Assembly (NCBI GenBank): GCA_019752595.1
Contig: JAIELV010000001.1
Span: 248,486 to 312,485 of the forward strand
From: Patescibacteria group bacterium
Lineage (GTDB): Bacteria; Patescibacteriota; Minisyncoccia; Phycocordibacterales; Phycocordibacteraceae
DNA: 64,000 nt
Reading direction: 5' to 3'
Translations under genes and position numbers: made by a program
Shown here: positions 38,320-48,478 of the stretch, piece by piece
How positions within the stretch are numbered: the first letter of the stretch is position 1
Layout of the letters: the number at the start of each line of letters is the position of its first letter
The notes under the pieces: generated by a model
What the model was told of the DNA's origin: nothing
The model's database searches: none
Seen by the model: the letters and a program-made list of their open reading frames with translations, nothing else

Positions 38320-38862
38320 CTACTGTGAAATCTTTTTGACGATTTCAACCTCAAACAGGAGTGTGGAATTTGGAGGAATTGCGCCGACTGAGTTTGCACC
38401 GTATCCAAGCTCCGAGGGGATGGCAAGTAGTCTGCGTCCTCCTTCCTTCATGCCCATCATACCCATGCTCCATCCTTGAATAAGTCCGCCACCGTTTTCT
38501 TTGAGTACCAGACGATTATCTGCCGTCACCAAAAGCGAGAGCGGGGTTCGCCCTTCAGCTTGTGACGTATCAAACACTGTACCGTTTGGCAAAAGACCCG
38601 TGTAGGCAACTTCAATCGTGTCTCCAGGTGCAATCGGCATTCCTGTGCCCTCAACAAGATCAACGTAGCGAAGCTCGCTTACTTTTCCTGTTGCTTGGAT
38701 TTCATCCAAAATTACTTGCGCGCTCGCATTTGGATCATTCTGAGGCGCTGCTGCTGGCTGACCAAAATTTATTCCTGGGAAACCCATAAAGCCGAGTGAA
38801 ATAAAGATAATAATGACGACGATCGAAAGGATAACGATGAGATTGATTGTTTTTCTATTCAT
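38320..38862 (-). CDS. FKBP-type peptidyl-prolyl cis-trans isomerase (membrane-anchored or secreted)
   Basis: FKBP motifs GDTIEVAYTGLLPNGTVFDTS and LIQGWSMGMMGMKEGGRRLLAIPSELGYG. Confidence 0.85.
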   Translation of the reverse strand: MNRKTINLIVILSIVVIIIFISLGFMGFPGINFGQPAAAPQNDPNASAQVILDEIQATGKVSELRYVDLVEGTGMPIAPGDTIEVAYTGLLPNGTVFDTSQAEGRTPLSLLVTADNRLVLKENGGGLIQGWSMGMMGMKEGGRRLLAIPSELGYGANSVGAIPPNSTLLFEVEIVKKISQ

Positions 38863-38913
38863 ACGCGAATCCTGGCTGATTAATGCTTTTAGGATACCAC
38901 GCCTAAGCTAGAC

Positions 38914-40371
38914 TTACTGACCCTCAGGGGATACCTCACTTCGTCTAACTTCAGAGCCTGTTTTTGTATCAAATACGTCATATCCTGCCTCGGCAATGCG
39001 CGCACGAAGGGCGTCTGCCTTTCCCCAATCCCCCGCTGTGCGAGCTTCTTCGCGGTCGTGCAAAAGTGCCTGTACTGCTTCGGGCAATTCCGTTTCTGAA
39101 ATCACTGAGAGTTTTTCCACTTCGTTTCTATCTGCTTGTGAGCCAAAACCTAACCCCAACACTGTATCGAACAGTTGTACTGTTTCGCGCTTATCTCCGT
39201 CCGAGAGTGAATCATCTTTAAGTACATCCCACATGACGGCAATCGCTTCGGGCGTGTTTAAATCGTCTTTTATTGCTCGCTCAAAACGGTCGCGCGCTTC
39301 AGAGATTATTTTTCCCTCCCCTTTCAAATCTGCAACAATACGAAGCGCGCGAAAGAGCGCTGTTTGCGCGCCGAGAAGCGCTTCCCACGTAAAATTCATC
39401 GGCGAGCGATAGTGTGTCATCAAAACTAAATACCGATACGCGAGCGGATTCACACCGCGTTCTTTCAATTGGTACAAGCGAATAGTGTTACCTTCTGATT
39501 TACCAATGCGTTTTCCTTCGACGGTGATAAATGCACCGTGCATCCAGTACGACACATACCGCTTCCCAGAAGCAGCTTCCGCCTGTGCGATTTCGTTGTT
39601 GTGGTGAATCGGCGCGAGATCAATCCCACCTGTATGAATGTCGAATGATTTACCGAGGTATTTCCCTGCCATAGCAGTACATTCAATGTGCCAACCAGGA
39701 AAACCTTTGCCCCATTTCGTCTCCCAACCGAGCTTGCTATCAAATTTCCAAAGACTGAAATCCTGCGGGTGACGCTTTTCATGGTTTGCCGCAACGCGCG
39801 CGTGATCTTCTGAAGTTGAGGTGCCACCCAGAGCACCGTATTTTGGAAATCGCCCTGTATCGAAATACACACCATCAGAAGTCGTGTACGCATAGCCCTT
39901 TGCAAACAATGACTCAATGTAGGCAATCTGTTCAGGAATATGTTCCGACGCTCGAGGAAACGTAAACGGGAGCTGAATATTTAAATCTTTTATGTCAGCG
40001 ATAAACGCGTCCATGTATTTCGTGGAAAGAATTTTCATGTTCTCGAGCGAAAATTCCATTCCTTCGCGTTTCAAACCAGACGACATTTTGTCCTCACCAG
40101 CATCTCCATCTCCCACCAAGTGGCCCACATCGGTGATGTTGATGACTTGTTTCACCTCATAGCCCACGTATTCAAGTGTACGACGTGCAATATCGGGAAA
40201 TATAAAACTCCGCAAGTTGCCGATAGTAACGTAGTCATAGACCGTGGGACCGCAGGTGTACATCTTCACGTACCGACCCACAAGCGGTTTAAACTCCTGC
40301 TTCTCACGCCCTAGAGTGTTGTAAAGAACTAGCGCTGCACGCTTATCTTTTTTCTCTCCTATGCCAAACAT
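38914..40371 (-). CDS. cysS: cysteinyl-tRNA synthetase (start re-assigned to MFGIGEKK)
   Basis: Class I HIGH region (CGPTVYDYVTIGNLRSF), KMSKS-like KMSSGLK, and a Zn-binding cysteine. Confidence 0.9.
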   Translation of the reverse strand: MFGIGEKKDKRAALVLYNTLGREKQEFKPLVGRYVKMYTCGPTVYDYVTIGNLRSFIFPDIARRTLEYVGYEVKQVINITDVGHLVGDGDAGEDKMSSGLKREGMEFSLENMKILSTKYMDAFIADIKDLNIQLPFTFPRASEHIPEQIAYIESLFAKGYAYTTSDGVYFDTGRFPKYGALGGTSTSEDHARVAANHEKRHPQDFSLWKFDSKLGWETKWGKGFPGWHIECTAMAGKYLGKSFDIHTGGIDLAPIHHNNEIAQAEAASGKRYVSYWMHGAFITVEGKRIGKSEGNTIRLYQLKERGVNPLAYRYLVLMTHYRSPMNFTWEALLGAQTALFRALRIVADLKGEGKIISEARDRFERAIKDDLNTPEAIAVMWDVLKDDSLSDGDKRETVQLFDTVLGLGFGSQADRNEVEKLSVISETELPEAVQALLHDREEARTAGDWGKADALRARIAEAGYDVFDTKTGSEVRRSEVSPEGQ

Positions 40372-40428
40372 TTCTCTAGTATGCCATGAAGCTGGATAGA
40401 GCCTATTACATGTCTTATTATATGAGCT

Positions 40429-41115
40429 ATGGGAGAAAAAAGTGCACAAGAATCAGTCGCTACTCTATTTGGCTTTACCACGGGCGACTTGAATTTAATT
40501 CGACTCCACGAAAACGCGCTTAAAAGCAAGGCTAACGTGCAAGCCACCATTGATACAGTAGCAAAATCGCTTTTTGAATCTTACGTTGCCCTAGATGCTG
40601 ACGGGAAGTCGAGATACATTTCCGAGGGTGCAAAAACTTTAGTCCAAGCTGAACGGTTCGGATTCGACAAATCAACTGCCTACGTAACCGCTCTAGCAAA
40701 GCTTGATGCAGAATTTGCTCGTGCGTTTGGTACTGCTCTCAAAAAAGCTCGCGCTGAGGCAAAAAAAGCAAGAGCAAATACACCATTGGGACCGAATGAT
40801 ACTGACGACCCAAACTTAATCGCGTTTGCGCTGGACAGAGAAGAAAACGCCAGAGCAGACCGTGATCTTCAACGTGCGATAGAAGAGAATGCTGAATCGA
40901 CTGTCAATCTTTGGAACATTCTCCAAGAACGGGGACCCGAAGAAAGAGAACAGTCGCTCGCACAATGGACTGAGAGCTTAGTCCGAGACAAAGCTCTGAA
41001 AAGTTCGTGGATGGAAAAAATCGCTGCAATCAAACGAATTAATCCCGAACTTGGAGGAATTCTTGAGAAAAGAGTAAAGAAAGCGCTAGACGAGCAGAAG
41101 AGAAAAGCGAACTAA
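40429..41115 (+). CDS. hypothetical alpha-helical protein
   Basis: ORF with a charged coiled-coil-like C-terminus. No family recognised. Confidence 0.45.
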   Translation: MGEKSAQESVATLFGFTTGDLNLIRLHENALKSKANVQATIDTVAKSLFESYVALDADGKSRYISEGAKTLVQAERFGFDKSTAYVTALAKLDAEFARAFGTALKKARAEAKKARANTPLGPNDTDDPNLIAFALDREENARADRDLQRAIEENAESTVNLWNILQERGPEEREQSLAQWTESLVRDKALKSSWMEKIAAIKRINPELGGILEKRVKKALDEQKRKAN

Positions 41116-41217
41116 CACAGTATAGAAAAGAAGTGTCTCAATGACGCTCTTGGCATTGCGCGTTTATTTTTTTGAGAGCTGTTGACAAAATAAAATTTCA
41201 GTCTTTAAATATAGAAC

Positions 41218-41619
41218 ATGTCGGATTCGAGAAAGGAGCAACCTGACCCATATGCGCAGTTTACAGGTATCGGCGCTGAGACTTGGCAAGAACTGAATCG
41301 TCTTATAGAAGAAGGTGACCAAGAGGCACAGAGAGGTGCAGAGCGAATCCTTGCACAGTTAGATAGAGCAAAACTTGCACTCATAGAGGCAATACTCGTG
41401 CTTGAAAAAGATTCTGAAATTCAAAAGAAAACACTCGACATAGCACTGCATTTGATGCATGAAGCACTACGTACTCAACTCGACAAGGGGCGCGCATTAT
41501 TTGCTCAACGTTTGTCGGATGTAGAGACTGAGCGTGGTCTGAATACAATTGCAGCTGAGGCGGAGGCAAAGATGGTGCATGCGCTCGATGTAGCACTCGA
41601 ACAAGCACGACGAGGTTAA
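41218..41619 (+). CDS. hypothetical coiled-coil protein
   Basis: ORF followed by a terminator hairpin cluster. Confidence 0.45.
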   Translation: MSDSRKEQPDPYAQFTGIGAETWQELNRLIEEGDQEAQRGAERILAQLDRAKLALIEAILVLEKDSEIQKKTLDIALHLMHEALRTQLDKGRALFAQRLSDVETERGLNTIAAEAEAKMVHALDVALEQARRG

Positions 41620-41740
41620 TTGCTCACCAGTTCAAAGTACCGCCAGCGACGTTTTCTGAAACGGCGAGGTGTGGGGTCGGGAGAGGCGGATTACTGCCTC
41701 TCCCGTGGAGGAAATAATATAGAACCGTGGGTTCTATAAA

Positions 41741-41790
41741 GGCGGAGCTTTAAACAAGCTCCTACCAGTTTAAAGCTCCGCCTGTTTTGT
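41741..41790. terminator. Long hairpin (15-bp stem GGCGGAGCTTTAAAC / GTTTAAAGCTCCGCC) followed by a T-rich tract; it overlaps the nrdB stop and serves as a convergent terminator
   Basis: Seen directly. Two further hairpins precede it, at 41668-41697 and 41717-41735. Confidence 0.5.
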
Positions 41791-42796
41791 ATTCAGTCAC
41801 ACGAGTCTCAAAGAAGTTTTTCTTCTTAGAGAGGTCAATTGCTTCTGACATCCATGGGAATGGGTTGGTGACATTGTACTGAGCTGGAAGTCCCACTCGC
41901 TGCAAGCGGCGGTCTGCAATGTGTTCGATGTACTGCTTGAAACCGTCGGCGTTCAATCCGAAGATTCCTGTCGGGAATACTTCCTGCGCGAATGTGTACT
42001 CAAGTACCGTTGCCTTTCGCACCAAGTTCACAATTCGGTCTTGGAAGTCTTTGGTCCATAAATCAGGATTCTCTTCTTTAATTGCGTTGATGATTTCGAG
42101 ACCGAAGTTCAAGTGCATGGATTCATCGCGCATGATGTACTGAATCTGCTCAGCTGAACCTGTGAGTTTGTTTTGACGCTGAAGCCCAAAGACAACTGCA
42201 AATGATGAGTAGAAGAAGATACCTTCTAGAATCAAAGAGAACACGCACCAGTTTTCAAGGAATTTCTGATCTGCCTCAAACGTCCCTGTCTTAAAACTCT
42301 TATCGAAAATTCCTTCGTTGAATCCTAAGATAAATTCCTGTTTATCGTAAATTGAATCCACTTCGCGGTACATGTTGAATATCTTTGCTTCGTCCATGCC
42401 GAGAGATTCAACGATGTACTGGTATGCATGCGTGTGAATCGCCTCTTCGTATGCTTGGCGGAGTAGGTACATGCGCACCTCAGGGGATGTAACGTGGCCG
42501 TAAAAACCCATCACAATGTTGTTAGCTGCAATGGAGTCTGCCGTTGTGAAGAAACCAAGAACCGTCTCAAACGCGCTTCGTTCATCTGCCGTGAGCGCTG
42601 TTGGTGATTTCCACTGCTCGATGTCGAGCTGCATGGAAATTTCTGTCGGTAGCCAGTGGTTTGAGTTTGCGGCGTTGTAATACTCCCAGGCAAATTTGTG
42701 TTTAATAGGATAGAGCTGAATCACGTCCGCCTCAAGGCCGTTGATGATACGGCGCTGGTTAATGTCGACGGCTTTAGCTCCTTTCTGGATTGCCAT
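41762..42796 (-). CDS. nrdB: ribonucleotide reductase class Ia beta subunit
   Basis: Di-iron ligand motifs (EAIH and E..H contexts) and the tyrosyl radical region. Adjacent to nrdA. Confidence 0.9.
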   Translation of the reverse strand: MAIQKGAKAVDINQRRIINGLEADVIQLYPIKHKFAWEYYNAANSNHWLPTEISMQLDIEQWKSPTALTADERSAFETVLGFFTTADSIAANNIVMGFYGHVTSPEVRMYLLRQAYEEAIHTHAYQYIVESLGMDEAKIFNMYREVDSIYDKQEFILGFNEGIFDKSFKTGTFEADQKFLENWCVFSLILEGIFFYSSFAVVFGLQRQNKLTGSAEQIQYIMRDESMHLNFGLEIINAIKEENPDLWTKDFQDRIVNLVRKATVLEYTFAQEVFPTGIFGLNADGFKQYIEHIADRRLQRVGLPAQYNVTNPFPWMSEAIDLSKKKNFFETRVTEYKTGGALNW

Positions 42797-42837
42797 ATGT
42801 TGTAGAGATTAGTGAATAGTGTTTAGAATCGGAACGA

Positions 42838-45792
42838 TTACTCGCAGGATTCGCACGCTGCTTCAGGCTTTCTGTGAAGAACGTACGTGCGGGCCTTCGG
42901 TGCATTTGATGCGTCTGCAACGGCTACAGGTGCCGACATCGGTGCCGAGATGGGTGCCGATACAGGCATGGATACAGGTATAGATTGAACCGCTACAGGG
43001 CTTGGTATTGGTTGAACAGGTGCCGAGGCGGGTGCAGTAGGCGCTACAGGCTGGCTCATTTGCGGACCTTCTGCCTGATCACGCTTATGTGTTGAACCGA
43101 ATTCTGCAGTTGAGACGGTTGATTTTTCAACCTGCGTTGCTGCCAAAGAGCGGAGATAGTACGTCGTCTTCAACCCCATCGCCCATGCGTACTGGTAAAT
43201 CTCCGAAAGTTCTTTACCGCTCGAGCCCTTGAAGAAGATGTTCAACGACTGCGACTGATCAATCCATTTTCCACGATATGCGGCACCCTTAATGAGCCAG
43301 CGCATATCAATCTCAAACGTCTCTTTATATTTATCCTTCAGAGCCTGCGGGAGACCAGCGATTTTTGCGACGGAACCGTCGTGATACTTGAGCTCGTTTA
43401 ACATTGCATCATTCCAGAGAGAAAGTTTCTTCAAGTCTTCCACCAAATACGGATTCACCACAGTGAAATCTCCGCTGATGTTTGCCTCGACATAAATGTT
43501 TTTATAGACGGGTTCGATTGAAGGGACGACGGAAACAATGTTTGACGTTGACGCTGTCGGGGCAACCGCCATGCAGTTACTGTTTCTCATTCCGTACTTC
43601 TTGATTGAATCGCGTACCACATTCCAATCAAGGCGTGTTTCTCGATTTACATCAATTGATTCTCCTCGTTCGCGTTCGAGAAGCGCAACAGTGTCGAGGG
43701 GAAGAATTCCCCTGTCCCACTTCGAACCTTTGTATGACTCGTATGCACCGCGTTCTTTCGCAAGCTCAGACGAGGCGAGGATTGAGTAGTAGGAAATACC
43801 CTCCATACTCTCGTCTGCAAATTTCACACACTCCTCTGAAGCGAAATTAATGTTCAACTGATACAGAGCATCCTGGAAACCGCCTGCACCAAAACCAACG
43901 GGGCGATGACGCATGTTTGAATTTCTTCCTTCAATGGTCGGATAGAAGTTGAGATCAATCACATTGTCGAGCATGCGCATGCCAACGGTCACTGTTTCTT
44001 TTACTTTCTCGACGTCCCAACGACCGTTCGTGACGTGCACTGCGTAGTTCAGCCAACCCAAGTTACAGACTGCGGTTTCATCTTTTGAGTTGTTCAGTGT
44101 AATTTCAGTACACAGGTTTGAATTGTGCACGACACCAACGTGATCCTGCGGGCTTCGCACGTTGCATGGGTCTTTAAACGTAATCCACGGGTGCCCCGTC
44201 TCGTAGAGCATCGCAAGCATCTTCTTCCACAAATCCCCTGCCTTCATTCTCTTGAAAAGTTTGATTTTTCCTTCATCGGCCATTTTTTCATACTTCACAT
44301 ATGCCTCTTCGAATTTGCTTCCGTAGATGTGGTGCAAGTCAGACACTTCGTCAGGCGAGAACAGTGTCCACTGCCCGTCTTCCCTCACCCGCTTCATAAA
44401 GAGGTCAGGAATCCAGTTTGCGGTGTTCATGTCGTGCGTACGACGGCGCTCATCCCCTGTGTTTTTACGAAGTTCAAGGAAGTCCTCGACGTCGTAGTGC
44501 CAGGTCTCAAGATAGACCGCCGTGGCTCCACGGCGACGACCTGAACGGTTGATAGCGACCGTGACGTCGTTTGCAATCTTCAGAAACGGAATAACGCCCT
44601 GAGAAGTAATACCTGCCTTCTTTATATATGCACCCGTACCGCGAATGTTGGTCCAATCAGTACCAATGCCTCCCGCCCACTTCGACATCTGTGCGTTGTC
44701 GCCGTACACCTTGAAGATGTTGTCCAAATCATCATCAACGGTATTCAAGTAACAGCTCGAAAGCTGTGCACGCACCATACCTGAGTGGAACAGTGTCGGC
44801 GTTGAAGGTACGAAGCGGTGAGTGGAAAGGATTTCGTAGAAGCGGATTGCCCATGCTTCGCGATTTTCTTTTTCATTAAGACCAAGCCCCATCGCAACAC
44901 GCATGTAGAGCATCTGTGGAGTTTCAAGAAGTTTCTTTGACTTTGAATCACTTCTGTCAGCAATAAAGTAGCGATCTGAAAGAGTAGCAACGCCCATGTA
45001 TTTCAAAAGACGATCACGCTCAGGGCGAAGTGCTGCTGCAAGTTTCGCAAGATCATATCCCAGCATGCGCTCGTCGAGAATTTTCAATTCCACTTCACGC
45101 TTCACGTTATCGACGAATGCAGTGCGATACACGGGATCAAAATCAGGAGAGACAATCGTAATATTTTCCTGATGTAATACTTTTCCATACAGAGAATTCA
45201 AAAGAAGTTGTGCTGCGAGCTGATTGTATGCAGGATCACGTTCAATCATCGAACGTGCAACCATGATCATAGTGCGCTCCACTTCTGTGGTCGTGATGCC
45301 GTCATATACTTCGCGCTGCACCTGCTCGATGAATGCATCAATCTGAATCGCGTTTCGATATTCAGGAAGAATACTGAACTCGAGTGTCTTTTTTATTTTA
45401 TCAATTGAAAATATTTCGCGCGTGCCGTCAGCTTTTTGAATCAGTAGTTCGCGCTTCTCAATTTTCTCAACCACTTCTTCCTGCTTCTCCTGGCGGACTT
45501 TTGCGTGCTCGTAGCGATAGATGATGTACGACTTTGCAACGTCATAATATCCACGCTCCATCAGCGCGTGCTCTACCAAATCCTGCACTTCCTCTACTGT
45601 AGGCAAGGCTGCCGTGCCTCCGTAGCGAAGCTTTGTGGCACTCACCACCAAATCCCCTATTGCCTGTGAATCTTCCGCGTGCGGATCGTTCAAAACTTCG
45701 AGAAATGCCTTTGATACTGCAGAAACGATCTTTCCGTGATTGAAATCTACTATTGCCCCGTTTCGTTTCTTTATTTTCTGCAGTGTTGTCAT
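42838..45792 (-). CDS. nrdA: ribonucleotide reductase class I alpha subunit, with an N-terminal ATP-cone and a Pro/Ala/Ser/Val low-complexity C-terminal linker before the CxxC tail
   Basis: ATP-cone VIKRNGAIVDF. Active-site NLCTE. C-terminal ...SAPVQPIPSPVAVQSIPVSMPVSAPISAPMSAPVAVA...ACESCE. Confidence 0.9.
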   Translation of the reverse strand: MTTLQKIKKRNGAIVDFNHGKIVSAVSKAFLEVLNDPHAEDSQAIGDLVVSATKLRYGGTAALPTVEEVQDLVEHALMERGYYDVAKSYIIYRYEHAKVRQEKQEEVVEKIEKRELLIQKADGTREIFSIDKIKKTLEFSILPEYRNAIQIDAFIEQVQREVYDGITTTEVERTMIMVARSMIERDPAYNQLAAQLLLNSLYGKVLHQENITIVSPDFDPVYRTAFVDNVKREVELKILDERMLGYDLAKLAAALRPERDRLLKYMGVATLSDRYFIADRSDSKSKKLLETPQMLYMRVAMGLGLNEKENREAWAIRFYEILSTHRFVPSTPTLFHSGMVRAQLSSCYLNTVDDDLDNIFKVYGDNAQMSKWAGGIGTDWTNIRGTGAYIKKAGITSQGVIPFLKIANDVTVAINRSGRRRGATAVYLETWHYDVEDFLELRKNTGDERRRTHDMNTANWIPDLFMKRVREDGQWTLFSPDEVSDLHHIYGSKFEEAYVKYEKMADEGKIKLFKRMKAGDLWKKMLAMLYETGHPWITFKDPCNVRSPQDHVGVVHNSNLCTEITLNNSKDETAVCNLGWLNYAVHVTNGRWDVEKVKETVTVGMRMLDNVIDLNFYPTIEGRNSNMRHRPVGFGAGGFQDALYQLNINFASEECVKFADESMEGISYYSILASSELAKERGAYESYKGSKWDRGILPLDTVALLERERGESIDVNRETRLDWNVVRDSIKKYGMRNSNCMAVAPTASTSNIVSVVPSIEPVYKNIYVEANISGDFTVVNPYLVEDLKKLSLWNDAMLNELKYHDGSVAKIAGLPQALKDKYKETFEIDMRWLIKGAAYRGKWIDQSQSLNIFFKGSSGKELSEIYQYAWAMGLKTTYYLRSLAATQVEKSTVSTAEFGSTHKRDQAEGPQMSQPVAPTAPASAPVQPIPSPVAVQSIPVSMPVSAPISAPMSAPVAVADASNAPKARTYVLHRKPEAACESCE

Positions 45793-46201
45793 GGTCGGTC
45801 GTATGAATCGCCTTGTGCGACTTGATAATTATTTATAATTTTTTAATTTTGGAATGAAACTCTCGTCTCATTCCCAGGCGCGGTATGGAAATTGTTTTCG
45901 TACTCGTGCCGTCGTTGAGGTAATCCTGAGTCGGACAGTTATTCTACCTCTTTTGTTGGAACTGCAAAGGAAAAAACACGAAATGGACCCTGTGGAAAAG
46001 AGAGAACGTCATAAAAAGGGAGGCTGTCAAACACGCTCGGGAACGAGCCTGCAATTGAACCACCCTCTGTGAACGCCTGCGTGGGTTTTATAAAAAATTG
46101 AGTCTTGCGAGCCCCGTTTTTTTGTTCCTTTTTTCTGTTTCGCGGTTCTCAGCGAAAAAAAGCGGTCTTTTCAAAACGACAGGGGCCGTGCAACTTATTT
46201 T

Positions 46202-47230
46202 TTAGAGCTTCCCTAGTTGAGATTCTTCCATTCCGTCTGAATATCCCCCGCTGTCTGCTATTTGCGCAAGTGATAGCCGTTCAATAAGAGCCGATTGTGC
46301 CTCTGCTCTGTTTTCCTCAAGCCCTTTCCATCGAGATAGCGCAGGAAGAAGCAACGCATTCGTATACGAGAAAGCAATAGGCCACGAAAAAGGCTCCATA
46401 CGCGCTATCCAATTTAAATTTTTCGCGCTCTCCTCAGGCGTTTGAGAGCCCGAGAGAAAAACTACTCCTCCTAGTTCTTTCGGCAAAGACACGGTGACCG
46501 CGCGAACAGTGCGTTCGGCAACTTCGCGGGCATCTGCACGCGCACTCTGGGTTGTACCCGAAACAGCCATTGCCGTTTTCACTACAACGCCTTTCAAATC
46601 AAGTCCACTGGATTCTAAAAGATCTGAAAGAAGTGAAAGTGTTTCTGTAATAGTATCTTCCGCCTGCGCTGCACTGTGAGTACCATCCATCAAGACATCA
46701 GTTTCAATCACAGGAACAATAGTTTCACTCTGGCACATTTTTGCAAACTCAATACGTGCACGCAGTTGTTCTTTTGTTTCTTGTGACGCGGGAGAGCTGA
46801 GGACAGACACTGACATACGCCATTCCGCAAACGAAACTTCGCGGGAACGAAATTGCGCAAGGCGCGCGGGTAGCGCAGAAACAATTTCAGAGTCGCTCTG
46901 AGCGTTTCCTACTTCAACGCCGACAAGTATTTTTTTTGAAATGAGGTATTCAGAAAATAATCCGAACGACGGGTGAGCGTCAGTAAGTCCTTCTTCAGAC
47001 AGTGTTACTCCAGAAACGTAGTGTTCAAAATTTTCAGTCGTGAAGACGAGTTCACGAAATGCTCTTCGTGTTTCTTCGGATGACGCTATGCCTTCGCGTA
47101 TAAAACTGGCACTAAGTTCTTCATTCGATTGGTCAAAGGAAAGAATTCCTTTTCTATTTTCAAGAAGTGTGCGCGTGATTTCTGGTAGATTCATTTCTTC
47201 ACTATACCAACTTTTAACCTCACAAAACAA
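46202..47230 (-). CDS. class I fructose-bisphosphate aldolase (eukaryotic-type fold)
   Basis: KGILSFDQSNEELSASF aligns to class I FBA KGILAADESTGS. The true start may be the internal MNLPEITRTLLEN. Confidence 0.75.
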   Translation of the reverse strand: MFCEVKSWYSEEMNLPEITRTLLENRKGILSFDQSNEELSASFIREGIASSEETRRAFRELVFTTENFEHYVSGVTLSEEGLTDAHPSFGLFSEYLISKKILVGVEVGNAQSDSEIVSALPARLAQFRSREVSFAEWRMSVSVLSSPASQETKEQLRARIEFAKMCQSETIVPVIETDVLMDGTHSAAQAEDTITETLSLLSDLLESSGLDLKGVVVKTAMAVSGTTQSARADAREVAERTVRAVTVSLPKELGGVVFLSGSQTPEESAKNLNWIARMEPFSWPIAFSYTNALLLPALSRWKGLEENRAEAQSALIERLSLAQIADSGGYSDGMEESQLGKL

Positions 47231-47231
47231 A

Positions 47232-47287
47232 AAACGCCCTTGCGGCGTTTCCTCTTCCCCTGTGGTATGCCCCGAAGGGGCATACCG
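47232..47287 (-). terminator. Tandem hairpins (GGTATGCCCC-TTC-GGGGCATACC, then ACGCC-GCAAG-GGCGT followed by a T-run) downstream of the 69-aa minus-strand ORF
   Basis: Seen directly. A T-run follows the second hairpin on the minus strand. Confidence 0.5.
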
Positions 47288-47304
47288 TTAAACTCATGTT
47301 GGTC

Positions 47305-47514
47305 TTACTGACCTCTTGTGAAGAAAGTTCTCAACATAGTCCCCATATCTATTTTATCTTCAGAGACTGAGCGTTGGGGCGCAACAGGCGTAGCTACCGA
47401 TTCAAGACCCATCGAAGCCCGAAGCGCTTTAACGGCTCTCGCGCTTTCTGCATTTGCCCACATCGCTTCCAATGCTCGGCCTCGCTCTTGGAAGGCATCA
47501 AATGGCATTGACAT
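47305..47514 (-). CDS. hypothetical small protein (69 aa)
   Basis: I prefer it over the fully overlapping plus-strand ORF because the terminators are oriented for the minus strand. Confidence 0.3.
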   Translation of the reverse strand: MSMPFDAFQERGRALEAMWANAESARAVKALRASMGLESVATPVAPQRSVSEDKIDMGTMLRTFFTRGQ

Positions 47515-47597
47515 ACCGTTTGTATGATTAGATTAATAATGACGGAAACAATACTACTTTTATAGTCAGAGTCAATAGGAAATCCACCCCTAACGGA

Positions 47598-48083
47598 CTA
47601 GCTGTTGAGAGCCCAAATGCTGTAGTTGAGGTAGGAAGCAAACAACACCCATATAAGGTATGGGGCGAGAAGCCATCCTGCGACTTTTGAAACACGGAAA
47701 AAGAAATACATCGTCACTAGTATGGACACCGCGAGGAGCGCTATGGTCACCAGACCATAGAGTGGATTCTGAAGGCCAAAGAACATGATGCTCCAAAGGG
47801 CATTAATTACGAGGTGAAAAAAGAACACTCGAACACCCCATTTCACGTCCACGAGCCAATTCCCCTTCCTCCATACGAGAAACAGCGCGATACCCATGAG
47901 CGTGTACAACGTGAGCCACACGGGGCCAAAAATCCAGTTTGGCGGAGCAAAAGACGGGAGAGTGAGCAGTGCATACCAGTTGGGAATCGCTTCAATGGTA
48001 AACAGCGAGCCGACAACGCCAGCGGCATGCGAAATCGCAACCGAATACAGAAGAAGCATCCACTCAAGAAAATTCTTAGGCAT
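47598..48083 (-). CDS. TspO/MBR family tryptophan-rich sensory protein
   Basis: 5-TM protein with the motifs WYALLTLPSFAPPNWIFGPVWLTLYTLMG. Confidence 0.8.
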   Translation of the reverse strand: MPKNFLEWMLLLYSVAISHAAGVVGSLFTIEAIPNWYALLTLPSFAPPNWIFGPVWLTLYTLMGIALFLVWRKGNWLVDVKWGVRVFFFHLVINALWSIMFFGLQNPLYGLVTIALLAVSILVTMYFFFRVSKVAGWLLAPYLIWVLFASYLNYSIWALNS

Positions 48084-48095
48084 ACAAAAATAGTA

Positions 48096-48476
48096 TCACG
48101 CAAGTTTACTACTCTTGTATACGTGCGGCTCGTGCGGCTCGATAAAGTCAAAACGCACTTTCATTTTTTTCAACTCGTCAGCAATAGCTGTTTGGTCGTA
48201 TCCTAAAAATACGATGTCGGGCTGTGCGTTTTTTAAAACACTCCAGCTCCCCTGCTCATCATCCCCCTGTATCGTGCGTATGCGATTATCAAAATCAGAA
48301 ACTGCACGAGCGCGTTCGACAAACAAAACGCGGGGACTTTTCCCTTTTAAGATTTCAACCGCGATGTCTGATGCGACAACGACTAACAGTTCATCAGTTC
48401 GCTTTAAAGCCTCCTTTAAAAAGAATTTATGTCCTTCATGAAAGCCGTCAAAAACTCCAAAGACGAGCGCCACCAT
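48096..48476 (-). CDS. small HxGH nucleotidyltransferase (cytidylyltransferase superfamily; FAD synthetase/RibL-like)
   Basis: VALVFGVFDGFHEGHKFFL, which is an (H/T)xGH nucleotidyltransferase motif. Confidence 0.55.
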   Translation of the reverse strand: MVALVFGVFDGFHEGHKFFLKEALKRTDELLVVVASDIAVEILKGKSPRVLFVERARAVSDFDNRIRTIQGDDEQGSWSVLKNAQPDIVFLGYDQTAIADELKKMKVRFDFIEPHEPHVYKSSKLA

Positions 48477-48478
48477 AT

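Noticed and set aside
45793-46201. tmRNA, RNase P RNA, SRP RNA or 6S RNA in the long nrdA leader
   Set aside because: I could not find the hallmark motifs: GGAAAGUCCGG and ACAGAAnCCGGCUUA for RNase P, the T-arm GGTTCGAATCC plus tag ORF for tmRNA, or the domain IV GGAAGCAGCC for SRP. It is left as an unexplained leader.
47318-47527. Plus-strand 69-aa ORF that fully overlaps the minus-strand 69-aa ORF 47305..47514
   Set aside because: Only one of the two can be real. The tandem hairpins and T-run are oriented as a terminator for the minus strand, so I preferred the minus ORF. Both remain low confidence.
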